Shown one piece after another: positions 41,969 through 56,099 of a stretch of 64,000 bases of DNA (position 1 is its first letter; each line of letters starts with the position of its first letter). Location: positions 10,106,001 through 10,170,000 of the forward strand of contig OX597832.1 in the NCBI GenBank assembly GCA_951406725.2, read 5' to 3'. A program made the position numbers and the translations under genes. The stretch is from Octopus vulgaris (lineage: Eukaryota). Under the pieces are notes generated by a model. That model did not search any database. It was not told the origin of the DNA and saw nothing but the letters and a program-made list of their open reading frames with translations.

Positions 41969-42107
41969 GTTTGTATTCGCGCGCATGTGTGCGTGAGTAT
42001 GTGTGTGTATTTGTTTTGTATGTAAAGAATTATATATGTATATATATACATATATACACACATCAATCTATATATGCATATATATATATTTATATAATAT
42101 ATATATT

Positions 42108-42146
<39 letters not shown>

Positions 42147-42173
42147 CTATATACGTAAATATATATACATATG

Positions 42174-42246
<73 letters not shown>

Positions 42247-42807
42247 TCTGTGTAGTTATGTATATATAAATCTTTACGTACAAAACAAACGCACACACAT
42301 ACACAAACACAAACACACATATGTATATGTATATATATATATATATTATATATAGGATGAGTTCGTTCATGAACGGATGTACATATGTGCTCTCTACGAT
42401 ATAGTTAAACATATCATGGCGTATATATTTATGCATACTATCTAAGTGAATATCTCCTACTTCATACTCTCTATCCGTTCCATTTGCAAATATTCTCATG
42501 TTCTTCGAAGTTATGTTCTCCACAACGTTTATGCGCAATTCAATTTAGATATTCACATTTAGAAGCAGTTTTTCTCTCTCATTTCTTTTCTGTAGAGGTC
42601 AGTGTTATTGAAGAAAAATCTAAAAAGTATTACTCGTAATGTAGTGAAAATATGTGGTGTTTCCACATCTGATGTCTCCATTACGTCTGGTCTCTTCTGA
42701 AATATTCTGACCTGAATCTAATAATTCTATTCGATAGCATTATCTCCATGTGATGCATTATCTGTTTTCATTGATAGTTTGTTTTTATTATTATTCTTGG
42801 TAATAGA

Positions 42808-42881
<74 letters not shown>

Positions 42882-43082
42882 CAACAACAACCATTGGAAG
42901 AATAATAACGAATGGTAATGTTTTTGCGTGTGGTGGTGATGTTGCCCAACAATATGCGTGAATATTCATATTTTACTTACACACACACACACACAAGAAT
43001 CAGTATGTGCGTATGGGTACACGTGTACTTGCATATAATTATAAGTATATAGATATATATGTGTGTGTGTGTATATATATAT

Positions 43083-43133
<51 letters not shown>

Positions 43134-43169
43134 CATAAATGTATATATACAAATACATTCATATATATG

Positions 43170-43203
<34 letters not shown>

Positions 43204-43206
43204 TAT

Positions 43207-43271
<65 letters not shown>

Positions 43272-43293
43272 TATATATAGATATAGATATATA

Positions 43294-43436
43294 TATAAGC
43301 CTTCGAACAGAGACGTCAGTGGCAACACCTGCGGGTCTGACTGCGCTACATTGACAATGGGCAATACCCCGAAACGCGTCTGTAGCTGTCGGAGTGGCAG
43401 TGTGAAGCGGCTGACCTCTCTTGTTCGAAGGTTATA
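43294..43436 (+). mobile_element. Fold-back mini-element with apical hammerhead ribozyme
   Basis: 26-bp near-perfect terminal inverted repeats (43294-43319 / 43411-43436), located in a (TA)n tract. Confidence 0.75.
43337..43392 (+). ncRNA. Minimal type-I hammerhead ribozyme, U3:A8 variant
   Basis: Stem I GCTACA (43345-43350)/TGTAGC (43381-43386), extended by ctgac/gtcgg past a bulge. Core TTGACAA; stem II GGG-caatac-CCC; GAAA; palindromic ACGCGU; cleavage triplet GUC (43378-43380). Confidence 0.75.
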
Positions 43437-43479
43437 ATGGATACAGATTATATATATATATTTATATATATATAAATAC

Positions 43480-43674
43480 CTGAGTAAACACATAAATGTG
43501 AAACAAGGTGGAAAAAAGAGTACTCAAATACCAGTGGTAGAGCAATATGCTTTATTTAAAGCAGCATAAAATTCAACAAAACCTATTACTCTGAGTTTCA
43601 CGTTCCCGTTCGTTTGACAGTTACTATTAATATATATATATATATATATATAATTTTCTGCTGCTTTAAATAGA

Positions 43675-43680
<6 letters not shown>
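43480..43680 (-). mobile_element. Penelope pLTR-like module with decayed hammerhead and inverted tail copy
   Basis: The minus strand reads ctgt-CAAACGA-acg ggaa cgt-GAAA-ctcagag-TA-atag (43620-43583), followed by AATAAA. A 29-bp inverted copy lies at 43652-43680. Confidence 0.6.
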
Positions 43681-43739
<59 letters not shown>

Positions 43740-44022
43740 GTGTATAAAATGCATACGTGCTTGTACGTATTTACATGTCTAATTTTATATGTATATATGT
43801 TTATACGTATATATCTACCATTTTATAAACGTATGTGTGCATATGCGCACGCTTTGCCGCCCATGCCTGTATTCATAAAATTAATAGTAACATGCACATT
43901 CACACACACAGACACATACTCATTTATAGAGAAAACTACTCATAGGGCTATATATCTCTATGAGCATATATATATATATAGGTACGTATATTTGTGTGTT
44001 TGCGCTTACATTATATATATAC

Positions 44023-44106
<84 letters not shown>

Positions 44107-44154
44107 TGACATACCCACATCCATGCACGTCTCTATCTCTCATCCTCCTATCTC

Positions 44155-44213
<59 letters not shown>

Positions 44214-44700
44214 ATGTGTGTGTGTGCGTGTGTATATATATGTATGTGCGAGCGCGCTTACAATTATATACGCATTCATGCAATGTTACGGTTGTTATGA
44301 CTTTTCTTGTTTTGAAATTAGACATTATAATTTGGAATTTTGTAATCTTCGATCTTTATGGATATCCCTAACGCAGGCTGTCCGAATTTATTTGTATTTT
44401 GCATATGTTTGTACCCAATATTTAATGTTCGTTTATTTTTGTTACTATTCGAAGTGCGTGAGAGTACAAAGGACAACCTATCAGTTAGTAGCCCATTTAT
44501 CCAAATCATGTTCATCTTATAATATATCATGACTTTTACATTCACCCTGATGGATATTCGAATCTTATTTACCCTATTAAAATTTGTATTCACAGTTCTT
44601 GTGCAAGTTGTTCACATTTTAATATTCTCTTATATATGTTTTAGCTTTTGTTAAGCTATGTACCAAAAAAAATAAAATAAATTAACAGGGACCCAGAATA

Positions 44701-44896
44701 TGTTAGTGGAAAAATTATTTAGTTAAAGCCATAAAGATGACAGCCGATAGTGAAAGCTTGCATCGTTAAAACACGCTTAACCGGAAGTCCGCGTCGCTGC
44801 CGACCAGTCCCGTAGCTAACGCGTAGCGAAGTTCCTGTATACAATTCGTCTGTCGCAAATCTTTGGGCAATGCACTAAACATGTCTCCCCACTCCA
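44701..44896 (-). mobile_element. Probable 3' LTR with polypurine tract
   Basis: On the minus strand, TGGAGTGGGGAGACA (44896-44882) is followed by TGTTTAG...CTAACA (44881-44701). It is in the same orientation as the adjacent Gypsy pol fragment. Confidence 0.55.
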
Positions 44897-45104
44897 GAAT
44901 AGTTGACTCTCGTTGGAATTCGGAAGGCGATTTATTGTCCTTATTTGAATTAAATTTGAAGGAATTTATACCAATAAAATATTTTTTTCTTCTTCAAGTT
45001 GCTGTTCAGAATATAAATTAGGATGAAATTTTAATGAAAGTTTTCAATTAATTCACTTTAAAATAAGAATTTTATATCAGAACGGGAGGCAGTCTCTGGC
45101 AGGC

Positions 45105-45505
45105 TTGTTTCGGTGGCGCATGCCGGGATGACTACCAGTGACTACTTGATTTGTAGACAATGCCCAACGCCAGCATATTGTCAAACTCAGCCTTTGTGAT
45201 AGAAAGTTTGTCTGGTGACAGACGATGTGCGCGGTCGTGCACGGGGGGAGGGGATGTGGTGTGTCATTCCGTGGTGGGATGTAGGTTTGGAGAATGTCAG
45301 GGTAGTGAGATTGGGGCCACTCGCCAGGAGATTCGGGAATTCGTTCTTGGTTTGAAAAACTTGCTATGGCTGAGGCACAGAAGCGAATGTGTTGCTATTG
45401 ATGAGTCATCTCCCTTGCAAACCAACCAATAGCAAGTGTGCTGAAAGGAAGTCCGCCTCAATAACGGGCTGATGGACATCGGCGATGGTGAACCAGTTGA
45501 AGCTT
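45105..45505 (-). mobile_element. Gypsy protease/RT N-terminal fragment
   Basis: WFTIADVHQPVIEADFLSAHLLLV; HHGMTHHI; PVHDRAHRLSPDKLSITKAEFDNMLALGIVYKSSSHW. Confidence 0.85.
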
Positions 45506-45526
45506 TATTTAGACTATATATATCAC

Positions 45527-45737
45527 TTTACTCTTTACTCTTTAACTTGTTTCAGTCATTTGACTGCAGCCATGCTGGAGCACCACCTTTAGTCGAGCAA
45601 ATCGACCCCAGAACTTATTCTTTGTAAGCCTAGTATTTATTGTGTCGGTATATTTGCCGAACCGCTAAGTGACGGGGACGTAAACACACCAGCATCGGTT
45701 GTCAAGTGATGTTGGGAAGACAAACACAGACACACAA

Positions 45738-45794
<57 letters not shown>

Positions 45795-45958
45795 TATATA
45801 CGACGGGTTTCTTTCAGTTTCCGTCTAGCAAATCCACTCACAAGGCTTAGGTCGGCCCGGGGCTATAGTAGAAGACACTTGCCCACGGTGCCACGCAGAG
45901 GGACTGAACCCGAAACCATGTGGTTGGTAAGCAAGCTACTTACCACACAGCCACTCCT
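45527..45958 (-). mobile_element. tRNA-derived SINE family A, full length
   Basis: Head AGGAGTGGCTGTGTGGTAAG..GGTTCAGTCC, internal CA/TA microsatellite and (AGAGTAA)n tail. Flanked by ctatatata on both sides. Confidence 0.9.
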
Positions 45959-46844
45959 ATATATAAAAAGAATTAACGGAGACTTGCTCCAGACGAGATC
46001 CCTAGCTAATCCGCAGCGATGTTCCAATTCGTCCGTCATAAATTCTTGGGCAGTGCCCTACAATGTGTTATTTAGCATACCTTCAATACAGTATGAAACA
46101 CCAATCGTGAAAGTGAATATCATGACTCTGTTGTAAATTTTCACTTGAAATATATCACCATACTGTAATAAAGAAAATAATACTCTACTTTTCATAACAT
46201 ATATTTATATTACTCTCCGGATACAAGTCTTCTTTATGGAATATTACATTAATCATTGTAAAAACGAATTTTCATTGAAAAATGTCACTGTTAAAACATG
46301 TTTTCACATTTAATGCAACAAAGAAAAGAAGAGGTGTTTATGCATGTTTGAAAGGATATGTAAATTAATCATGCACTAACATAATAAGAGAATTTCTCAT
46401 TTTGTATATACAGCGATAGCAGAAGATATTAGAGGTCACTATGTACGTGAAATAATGGTAGACATCTGCGTGTTTATACTACACTGTCATCGCCTGTAAA
46501 ATATTTACCCATTTTACACACTAAAGACGATGGTACTTCAGACTCGTTGAAAAATAATTCATATATGTAATGAATTTAATAAATTTATAAAGATAAATAA
46601 GACAAAATGTATACACCATTCTAAATTATGTTATCTCTCATACTCTGCACACGATGATAATGAGGATATCACCTTTTTCTATAAGTAATAAGCTATCCCT
46701 TCCAAAGTAGTTATATAACGGAAATCAGAGTTCCTGTTTTCATTAAATTAGGGCTAAAATTGTCAAAGTAACCTGGTCCCAGAGCCATCATTTCTTCTTG
46801 ATACAACTAGGCACCAGGTCTTCACTGAGCACATTGAGTATAAC

Positions 46845-47158
46845 TTTTCTGCTACGTTGTAAGCGATTTGCTTCTTAACCAAATCGTCACGAGTTCAGTT
46901 CCACAGTGAGGCACTTTGGTTCGTAGCTTCTAATGTAGCTTCGTGCTGACCATGGCCTTGTGTGTTTCCCTAGCGCTCAATAAACAGTGTGGCAGTGTTT
47001 ATGTCCCCCGAACATAGCGGTGCGGCAAATACGGCCGATAGAATAAGTAGCAGGCTTAAAAGTATGGGATCGATTTTTTTCAACTAAGATTCTTCATTGT
47101 ATTACCAAGGCATGGCCATAATCTAATAACAGAAACAAGTAAACAGTAAAAGATAAAA
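46845..47158 (+). mobile_element. Degenerate SINE family A
   Basis: gtaagcgatttgcttc..gagttcagttccac..gtttatgtcccc..gcggtgcggcaaa..gaataagtag..gcatggcc. Confidence 0.75.
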
Positions 47159-47195
47159 CGTATTCAATATACACATTCTGCATAACACTATGAAA

Positions 47196-47576
47196 TCTCT
47201 CTCTATATAAACGGCAGTTTGTCTGTGCGTTTTCTGTGTGTCTGTTTTCTCGTACCCTCACCCTGACCACGGCTTTCAACCGATTCTGATGAAACTTGAC
47301 ACACACATAGCCCAATGTCATAATTCAAAACTAACGCAGCGAAAATTTTGAAAAGTTCCCCCAGTTCTGAAAAAGATCGATAAATTCGACATGGGGTCGA
47401 GAATCAGAAACACAAACCGCAAACTGTCTAGGGGACGCAACTCCACCTTTTTTAACTAAAAAAAAATTTACCATCATTTTTTTCCATGTTTTTGCTATTT
47501 TGTGGCTATAACTCTCTAAAAATGCTTTATAGTTATTTCCCTTACAAACCTGAGCAACGCCGGGCGATACTGCTAG
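47196..47576 (+). mobile_element. Complete non-autonomous Helitron (381 bp)
   Basis: It is inserted between A and T, with a 5' TC start, a 3' GC hairpin (cctgagcaacgccggg) and CTAG at 47573-47576. Confidence 0.9.
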
Positions 47577-49249
47577 TAGTGAGATAAGTGAAAATAAATT
47601 CGTCATGCTCGTGAAAATGTTCAAAGTGATTTGCAATTACATTGAATGGAATTTATGAAAGGGAATTCTTCATTATTTGTCTTTTTGTTTACTATATTAA
47701 CAAGCACAACCATCCATCTGAGTAGTCAATATATGTCATGAATTAAAATTGCACTATTAAGAGATCTAGCGCTCAGCTTGTCAATCCCATATTTACTGCA
47801 TCTTAAAAGAAGAGTATTCTGCATATAGCATTGCACATAAATAAGCGGGCTTTATATATAGTCAAGTATATAACATTGTGTATCCTTCAACACATATGTC
47901 TATGCTTGCAATTATATGGGTAATTGTTTCTAAACTTTCCCAGTAAACTTTAAGTGTTTTTTTCTGGTTTTATTGATACTAACAACGCCTTACTTCGGTC
48001 TACGTGTTTTGTTCCGTGATAACAATTTCACGTATGTGATATACTATAAAGATAGACAAATTTTGGTATGTAATCATTTAATAAAATTATCCATTGCCGT
48101 TGTTTAAATGGTTTTCGTAATCCTACTTCATAACCTAAAAACAGACCTACTTGAAATTGCATATGTTTTCCTTAACTGAAGGAAGGGAAAATATAAATCA
48201 ATGTTAAGTATGAAATATTTACGAATACTTTATACCATAGGCATCAGGCCAGAAATTGGTAAAGTAGAATAATCGATTATATTGCCCTTTAACTTTATAA
48301 TATTGAACCCGAGTAAAAAAGGACAGCGAGTAACACGGTGAGTTCTGTGTGAAAATCTAACAAACTTGCTAATCCACAGAATTTTATAAAATATTTAATA
48401 ATAAATACCACAAGTTTACAAAAAGGGGCATATACACTTTTTTTTTTGGTAATTTCTAAATAACTGTCTATTCAAAGTAATTTTGCCAACGTTTAATTTT
48501 TCGCTACTTTCTCAACGGTAACACTGATATGATTAAATGAATGTTTTAAAGATTTCACGCGTAATACCTTTATATCATAGATGAACACTATCGGAATTAA
48601 TTTGTGTCAGGATCTGGCATGTATGCAGACAACAACGTAACTAAGATGAAGCGTGACATTTCATATTTGCAAAACAAGATATCATGTATGAAGAACAAAA
48701 ATAGAAACAAGAGGTGAAAATGAAAGTCTGTTAGAATTACTACAGTAAATGGTAAATTTGGAAACAAATGTTGTTTTTTTACTTCCTAACAGTTTAAATA
48801 ATTAAAAAACAAAAATTAATATGGGAGCGTTGTATAGAAACCATTAATTGTCTTGATCGCTCCGTAGTGTAATTTCTTGGAAAAAGTCCAGAGTTACTTT
48901 CGTTGCGGCTGCCATGTACGAGCGTGTGTCAAACGAAATTATCTGCCAGAAGGAAAGACGGCTGTCAGTGATTCATTAATTTACAAATAGTCAGTTTCTG
49001 TTAAATTTGAGAAAGAAAAACAAAATTAGAATAAAAATAGGAGACATTATTCCTTTATTTTACGTTTTATACCGCACAAAGTGTTCATTATTTCTTTCGG
49101 AATTTTTGCACTGATATTAACCGCTTATAAAAGCTGGAATTAGTTGAGTGGATATTAAAATTGAAAATAATAATAATAACAATAATAACTCTATTTTCGG
49201 AAGCAATTATTACCATTTGGTGTTAATACATAGATACACATCTGTATTT

Positions 49250-49335
49250 AGGCACAGGCATTGCTGTGTGGTAAGGCATTCGCGTCCGAAACAAATGGTT
49301 CCGGGTTTAGCTCCACTGCGTGGTAGTCTTGGTAG
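49250..49335 (+). mobile_element. SINE family A head fragment
   Basis: ggcacaggcattgctgtgtggtaag..ggttccgggtttagctccactgcgtgg. Confidence 0.7.
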
Positions 49336-49344
49336 AAGCCAGTC

Positions 49345-49423
<79 letters not shown>

Positions 49424-49651
49424 TTGCTAGGATAGGCTGAAGGGTAAATACGTAGATTGGTAAATACTTTGATATATAGAGAAATATGTACTATCTTTCT
49501 GCGGAATTTGGCCACAGAAAATATAGTTTCAAATCTTGGCACTGTGTCAGCGAATGCAGTTGAGGGGTAACACAATTACATTACCCCCCCTTATTCAAAT
49601 AGTACTTATTTTATCAACCCAACAACAATACCAATATTTATAATAGTATTA

Positions 49652-49870
49652 AGGCGTCGAGCTGCCGGAACTGTTTTCATGATAGGCAAAATGTATGAGC
49701 GACATTTCGTTCGTTTTTACGTTCAGAGGTACAATTCCACCGAGGCAGGTCTTTCTTTCATACCTTCGGTGTCAATTAAATACGTAACATTGGAGCAATA
49801 TGTTCACAGCAATCGGCTGATATTTTTCCAAGTCCTTACTTGCCGCGTGTCTTAATCTGAAACATATATT
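49652..49870 (+). mobile_element. Degenerate SINE family B
   Basis: aaggcgtcgagctgccggaa..ttacgttcagag..aattccaccgagg. Confidence 0.7.
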
Positions 49871-51094
49871 AATAATAGAATGTATGCTTAATTGATAGTT
49901 ATATGAGAGCCCATACTAATTTTAAATAGGACTTATATGTTGGTTTTATATCTAAAATATACGTTGGACATAATTGCCAAAACAATATAAAAAGGATATT
50001 GATGTAAACATAACATAGGGAATATTGAGGAATTCCATCCACCATTCAAACTGCTGCATTTATTCCACACATCAACGCACATTTAAAATCTAAGATTCGG
50101 TCTACTCATATGAAAAAACATTCTTCCTTACATCCAGGTATAATTATATTTAAATTGATTAGATCGCTCCTATTTTCGTCTTACGTTACAATTTTCGAAA
50201 TACGTGAAAGACCAACGTTGATCCTTCATAGGAGTCATAGATGCCTAAATTTACTGGACTGATAGAGTACGTACATGTACTCTTTAAAATAAAGACACCG
50301 TTCCCCTTCGCGATAAGAGATATGCAATTTCTTCAATTTTCACAATGACCATCCATTGGACATACTCCTAGTCTAATATAATAAGAAATTTCCCCGACAT
50401 ATTACTAAATTTAACATATAGCACAGCACTGAATTTTTTTCTTTCAGAGAAAACCAAATAAGTAAATTAACTATCAACACCTGAAAGCAGTGTTAATCAT
50501 AATGAAATAATAAATACGGTAGTAATTTAAAACGAAAAATATACAAATATTAATAATAAAATATATAATATAAAAATGTAGAGACGTACTACGTTGAATA
50601 CAACAAATATGTTTTAAAACTGAAATTATATTCTGATAACAGAAATAGAGGAAAGAAAATAAATATAACCAAAACAGTGACAATTTTGTTTTCCAGGTTG
50701 CTTCATGTGAACTTTCAAATTTTCTAATATATGGATTTTAACACATTAGTAACTATTTGCGCGATACGAACACATGGAATAATGAATGCGAAAACTAATC
50801 CACGCCAGGTGACGTCAATATTTAGACGTCAATATTTAAATGTGCACAATGGCGATTTACTACAAATTCTGGAAAGTATAAAATGCTTAATTGCTATTTG
50901 CCACAAACGAGATTGAACAATAGTTTATAATAATCTACCTAGTGAACGGCGTTACCACGACAAAGAACCTAAAATACTACCAAAGAAAAAATAGACAAAT
51001 ATATAATGTGAAACACTGACTCATCTGCAGAAAGAATAATCTTGAGATACGCGAACTACAATATTATATGTTACAAGAATCTTTATAGTACGTC

Positions 51095-51163
<69 letters not shown>

Positions 51164-51376
51164 TAGCAAGTTATAACATGTCAGTGATAAGCATACTAAC
51201 TCGAAACAGATTCTGTCTCGCGATCCTGTTATCTGCTGAAGGGTGGCAGGGCTTGCTCCACTGCTTGTATTATATACACAGGTTAGCTGCATCTATAAAC
51301 AGCTGGCTGAAGATGTATCTGGGGTTAAAAATGTAATAACATTGAACAGCCGTATTGGTGTAATGATTGCCTTTAC

Positions 51377-51416
<40 letters not shown>

Positions 51417-51949
51417 ATTCAACAAATGATGTTGGCCGCCGCCACCAATAATAAAACATATAGACATGAAAATGAAAGGATATAAAGAAACTAGAGTTAG
51501 AGAGAAAATCTAAGATGAAAATATAACATATGAATATATATATATATATATATGAAGCAAATAATGTGAAACGACGGACATAAAACTTTAAAAGTATAAA
51601 TATTGGGAACATATATCTTTTAAAAAATAGACTTACTGGAAGCAGAAAACAGCAAATTTATATCATAAACACAACAATCCGGAGCATACCTACAAATATC
51701 GATCAAACATAGTCGGAAACAAACAGTACCGAAGTAGATATGGAAAGAATTGAATATGGAATGAAATATCTTATATCGGAAATTATGAATATATCTTCGT
51801 AAGTTAAGTAGATTGAGAATACAAATCTATAGAAAACATCTTCCTGAAGACGAACGCCTGACCCTCATCGAAGAAAAATTAAAATAAGAAAATTACTACG
51901 AACGCATACTAGGATTACCTATAAATACCAGAAACGTAAATATCAATTT

Positions 51950-52069
<120 letters not shown>

Positions 52070-52988
52070 ATATATATATATTTTTTTTGTGTGTGTATGT
52101 ATGTATATATATATATACATATATATTTGTTTTATATTCATATATGTATATCCAAGTATGAATATGCATGTGCGAGTGTTTCTGTGTGTCTGTCGGTGTG
52201 TGTGTGAGCGAATGACAACTTGTGTAAAAGAAGATCTGGTTGCGTATGTCTGTAAGAGTATATTTCTGTATGCATACTCACCTTTATACGGATTTGAAGC
52301 ACATTTATCACAGGAGAAAGTAAGTTCGAGCTCGAAATTCCGAATATGAAATAAAATGCCATATACTAAATATGAATTGAAAGAATCGAAGACGGAAATA
52401 TTTTCTGTAAAGAAAATGTACCTAATAGTTTTCATCTGGTCTTCAATGTTAACAAATAAGTGGAAAAAATTACTACAAATAAGGATTAACGTTTCCAGGA
52501 ATACCAAAACCTAAATTTCACAGCTGTAAGGTTATATTTAATCGAGACCAAATATGCTTTGATCAAGATAATGAAATCATACTCGTTTCAAACAAGTTTT
52601 CCTCTGATTTAATAACATATGGCGAGGCAAATTATGTCGGTTTCGCTTATATACATCATAATTGTTGCCCACTGAAGAGCGAATTGCGACTTTTTCGGCA
52701 TGCTGCTCCTTTCTACATTGCATCGCTATCGTTCTTTAGTGTCCTGGAATAAGTACCTCACATCTCACAAAGCAGTCTGGTATTGAGGAATTTTTTTAGT
52801 GCGCATAGCTTTGCAGACACTTGGATTACGATGCCTTTCCTAAACGACAGTTCTTAGAATCTAACTTGACTTTCACTCGTCCTATTTTTCTATCATGCCT
52901 CTTCTTTGGCAAACTCTATCGACACCATTTTCATCAATGCTTGCAAATTGAAATCTCCTTTGTTGTAATCAACTGCAAGCATCAAGTA

Positions 52989-53222
52989 CCTATTTCTCTA
53001 CTACCCACAAGGGGCTAAACAGACAGGGGACAAGCAAGGACAGACAGACAGATTAAGTCGATTATATAGACCCCAGTGCATAACTGGTACTTATTTAATC
53101 GACCTCGGAAGGATGAAAGGCAAAGTCGACCGCGGCGGAATTTGAACTCAGAACGTAACGGCAGACGAAATACCGCTAAGCATTTCGCACGACGTGCTAA
53201 CCATTCTGCCAGGTCGCCGCCT
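52989..53222 (-). mobile_element. SINE family B, full length
   Basis: Reverse complement of 8659-8891. Confidence 0.9.
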
Positions 53223-55109
53223 TATTCATCAGCATCAACTACCGCTTGTGTGATTCGCTACTCATGTCTGGGGCATTGGGAACGACTCTTTCAGCATTTA
53301 TAACCAGTCTACGAAACTTATGTATATAGGTCGTATTGATTACAAATGAGTGAATTGCAGAAAAACTCCGCTCCCTTAACTACTGGCCTTCAGAAAACTC
53401 TGTGGATTAAATAATGTGTTGTTTAATGTCATATAACACAGTACTTCAGTGCTATTTTATTTTACCGATTTGGAATGAATGCATGAAAACTTTTGCCCCA
53501 GCAATATTTGAACGATAATAATATAAAACACTCAACGATATATTTCTCTTGACTTTGCTTAAAACCGTCTCACAAACACTCTCAGGTAGATAATATCGGA
53601 CAAGAATTCTAAGAGTCATTGTGAATACTATATAAAATAGTGTAAATGATTAATAGCACCAAATGAAAAAATAAGCATACAGGAAGAAGAGCAAATTTTC
53701 GTTTTATACCGTCTTATTAAAATGGAATCGAAGTTGCGCATAAAGAGAAATAGAACTGCGTTTCTTTATGAAGCACAAACTTGCATAAACAGACAAAAGC
53801 GCTAAAAAAAACTCGTTTCGATTATAGCAACAGGTTTAAGTGTCTCCTGTAGGGTATGTTACTAATATATTTACGTCGGTATTTGAATATTATACTTCTT
53901 ATGTATCGATATTTGGTGAGTGACCAGCAAATATTAACATGCCGAAATTTATATTTGCAACTTGACAGTGTTAGGACAACTAATGTAAAACACATTTTTG
54001 TTCAAAGCTGTAATAAATCTTTAAAATACTGTTAGAAATTTTGATACTGTAATATGAAAGCGAGCGATCCTATGTCTCAGCACAAATCTGATGCGGAAGA
54101 ATTTTGAAAAATACTACATATATATTGCAAAATGTTCTTTAGACAATTCTTACGAAAAATGTTACTGTTTCAGGAGAGAAGAATGACATAACTATGAATT
54201 GTCATAAATGAGAAAAACATTCGGATAAAGCATATGACGAAGAAAATAAATATTTAATCGAAAATCACAATAGTAAAGAAGAAACACAAAGAAATGTACT
54301 AAACTTCAGTTAATTCCTTATGCGATTTACGAATGCTATTTATTCGTAGTTCTGATCTCGTTTCTTCTCACTTTTATTTTTCCAACACAAATGATCCAAA
54401 TGTATTGACGGCTATATCTTGTAAAGTAGCAAACATTGAGGCATGCATAAGAAAAGAAACATTGCAAGTGACGAAGACACGTGACTTGCCTAACTCTTAT
54501 AAAAGAAAAACGTATGTAATAGGAGAATTAGACAAGGAAAAATAATAATATTAGTAAGTATGGTATCATAACAAAATAGCATAAATTAAATTAAATAAAG
54601 AAAAACGAAGACACATTTTGGATAACTACAATGTAAAATATCGTTTAAATCGTAATTGAGTTCTAATAATTGCTGGTGAAAACAAATAAGGAATGTAAAA
54701 GCAGTGTGAAATAAGTGGATGATGTAGCAATGAAATCAAAACTAAATAAAATGGAATAACAAACGGAAGTTTTATAGAATGTTGAAATTTACTGAATAAC
54801 TTCATCAAAAATATGACATGCTTATACGATGATATATATTGTCTACATTTTGAGTAAAAGAATTGTGAATTGCAATGATTTCACACTAGTTGCTTACATA
54901 TCAGGAAATTATGGGAACTAGAATAAAGATTTGTCAAACAAAAGGAAATGTTAAACTGGGTGTGACTAGTAAAATGAGCCGTTAGTCATTATAGTAATTA
55001 GTGGATAAAAATCTGTTAAAATAGATTTTTACGAATATATACAAAATCTTTAGACTTTGGTCAAGTTGGGACACCAATTTTTAATGTTTTAATCGAATAG
55101 ATTTTAGCC

Positions 55110-55600
55110 TGGTAATTATCTCGGTCACTAGTCAATAAACCGGTAAGATACTGGAACACAAACAAAATATCGGTTGTGAAGGAATAGTTGGGCATAAATA
55201 CAGACACAAAGACACACACAGGCACACACACACACATATATACACATACCTATACATTACGTGAACACGTTACCGACCATACTATGGATGTTGTTACACA
55301 TTGGTGGTTACAATTCTCTTTGCTTCATTTAAGCTTCAAAGAACATACCGCTGTACAAGGAAACAGGTGAATACAACGAAGCACTTCAGTTTTTTATCTC
55401 TCCATCTATCTATCTAACTATTTATATGTATGTATGCGTCTGTGTGTGTGCGTGTGTTCGTGTATATCACGAAGAGCTTCTTTCAGTTTACGTGTACCAA
55501 AATCTGGCACACATGTTTGTTCGTCTCGTGCGTATTTTAGAAAACACTTAGCCAAGGTATCATGCAGATGGACTGAGCCAGGAGAGGAGTAACTTTCTAA
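55110..55600 (-). mobile_element. Degenerate SINE family A, interrupted
   Basis: gagcttctttcagttt..ccaaaatc..aaaacacttagccaagg..gactgagcc. Confidence 0.65.
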
Positions 55601-55749
55601 CCGTACCGATATGTATAAATGAATTACAAATTTAACTGATATATCTTTCAAAAATTGAGATGATGAGATTTTGTTCAGATGAATATTTGTGGGTGTGTGG
55701 GGTGTTTGTGTGTGTATTTATGTGTGTGCATCTTTGTGCATATGTACTC

Positions 55750-55830
<81 letters not shown>

Positions 55831-56099
55831 TACATATATATGTCTATATATGTCTATATATGTCTATATCTGTATCTAAATATATCTACCTATGCATCTA
55901 TAGATATGCGTATATGTGTGTTTGTGCGTGTGTAAACATTTTCTTATGTCTAGGGTACATCACTATGCCAATGTTAATGACACAGCCACTCCAGTGCATG
56001 TGTTAATAATATTGGCATATTTCCCTAAATACAGCAAAATCGTTTTAACACACGATATCCAAATAACATGTCTACTTAGTGTTGAAAACTTAATCTCTA

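Noticed and set aside
45890-45958. tRNA gene
   Set aside because: The A/B boxes belong to SINE heads, and there is no complete cloverleaf.
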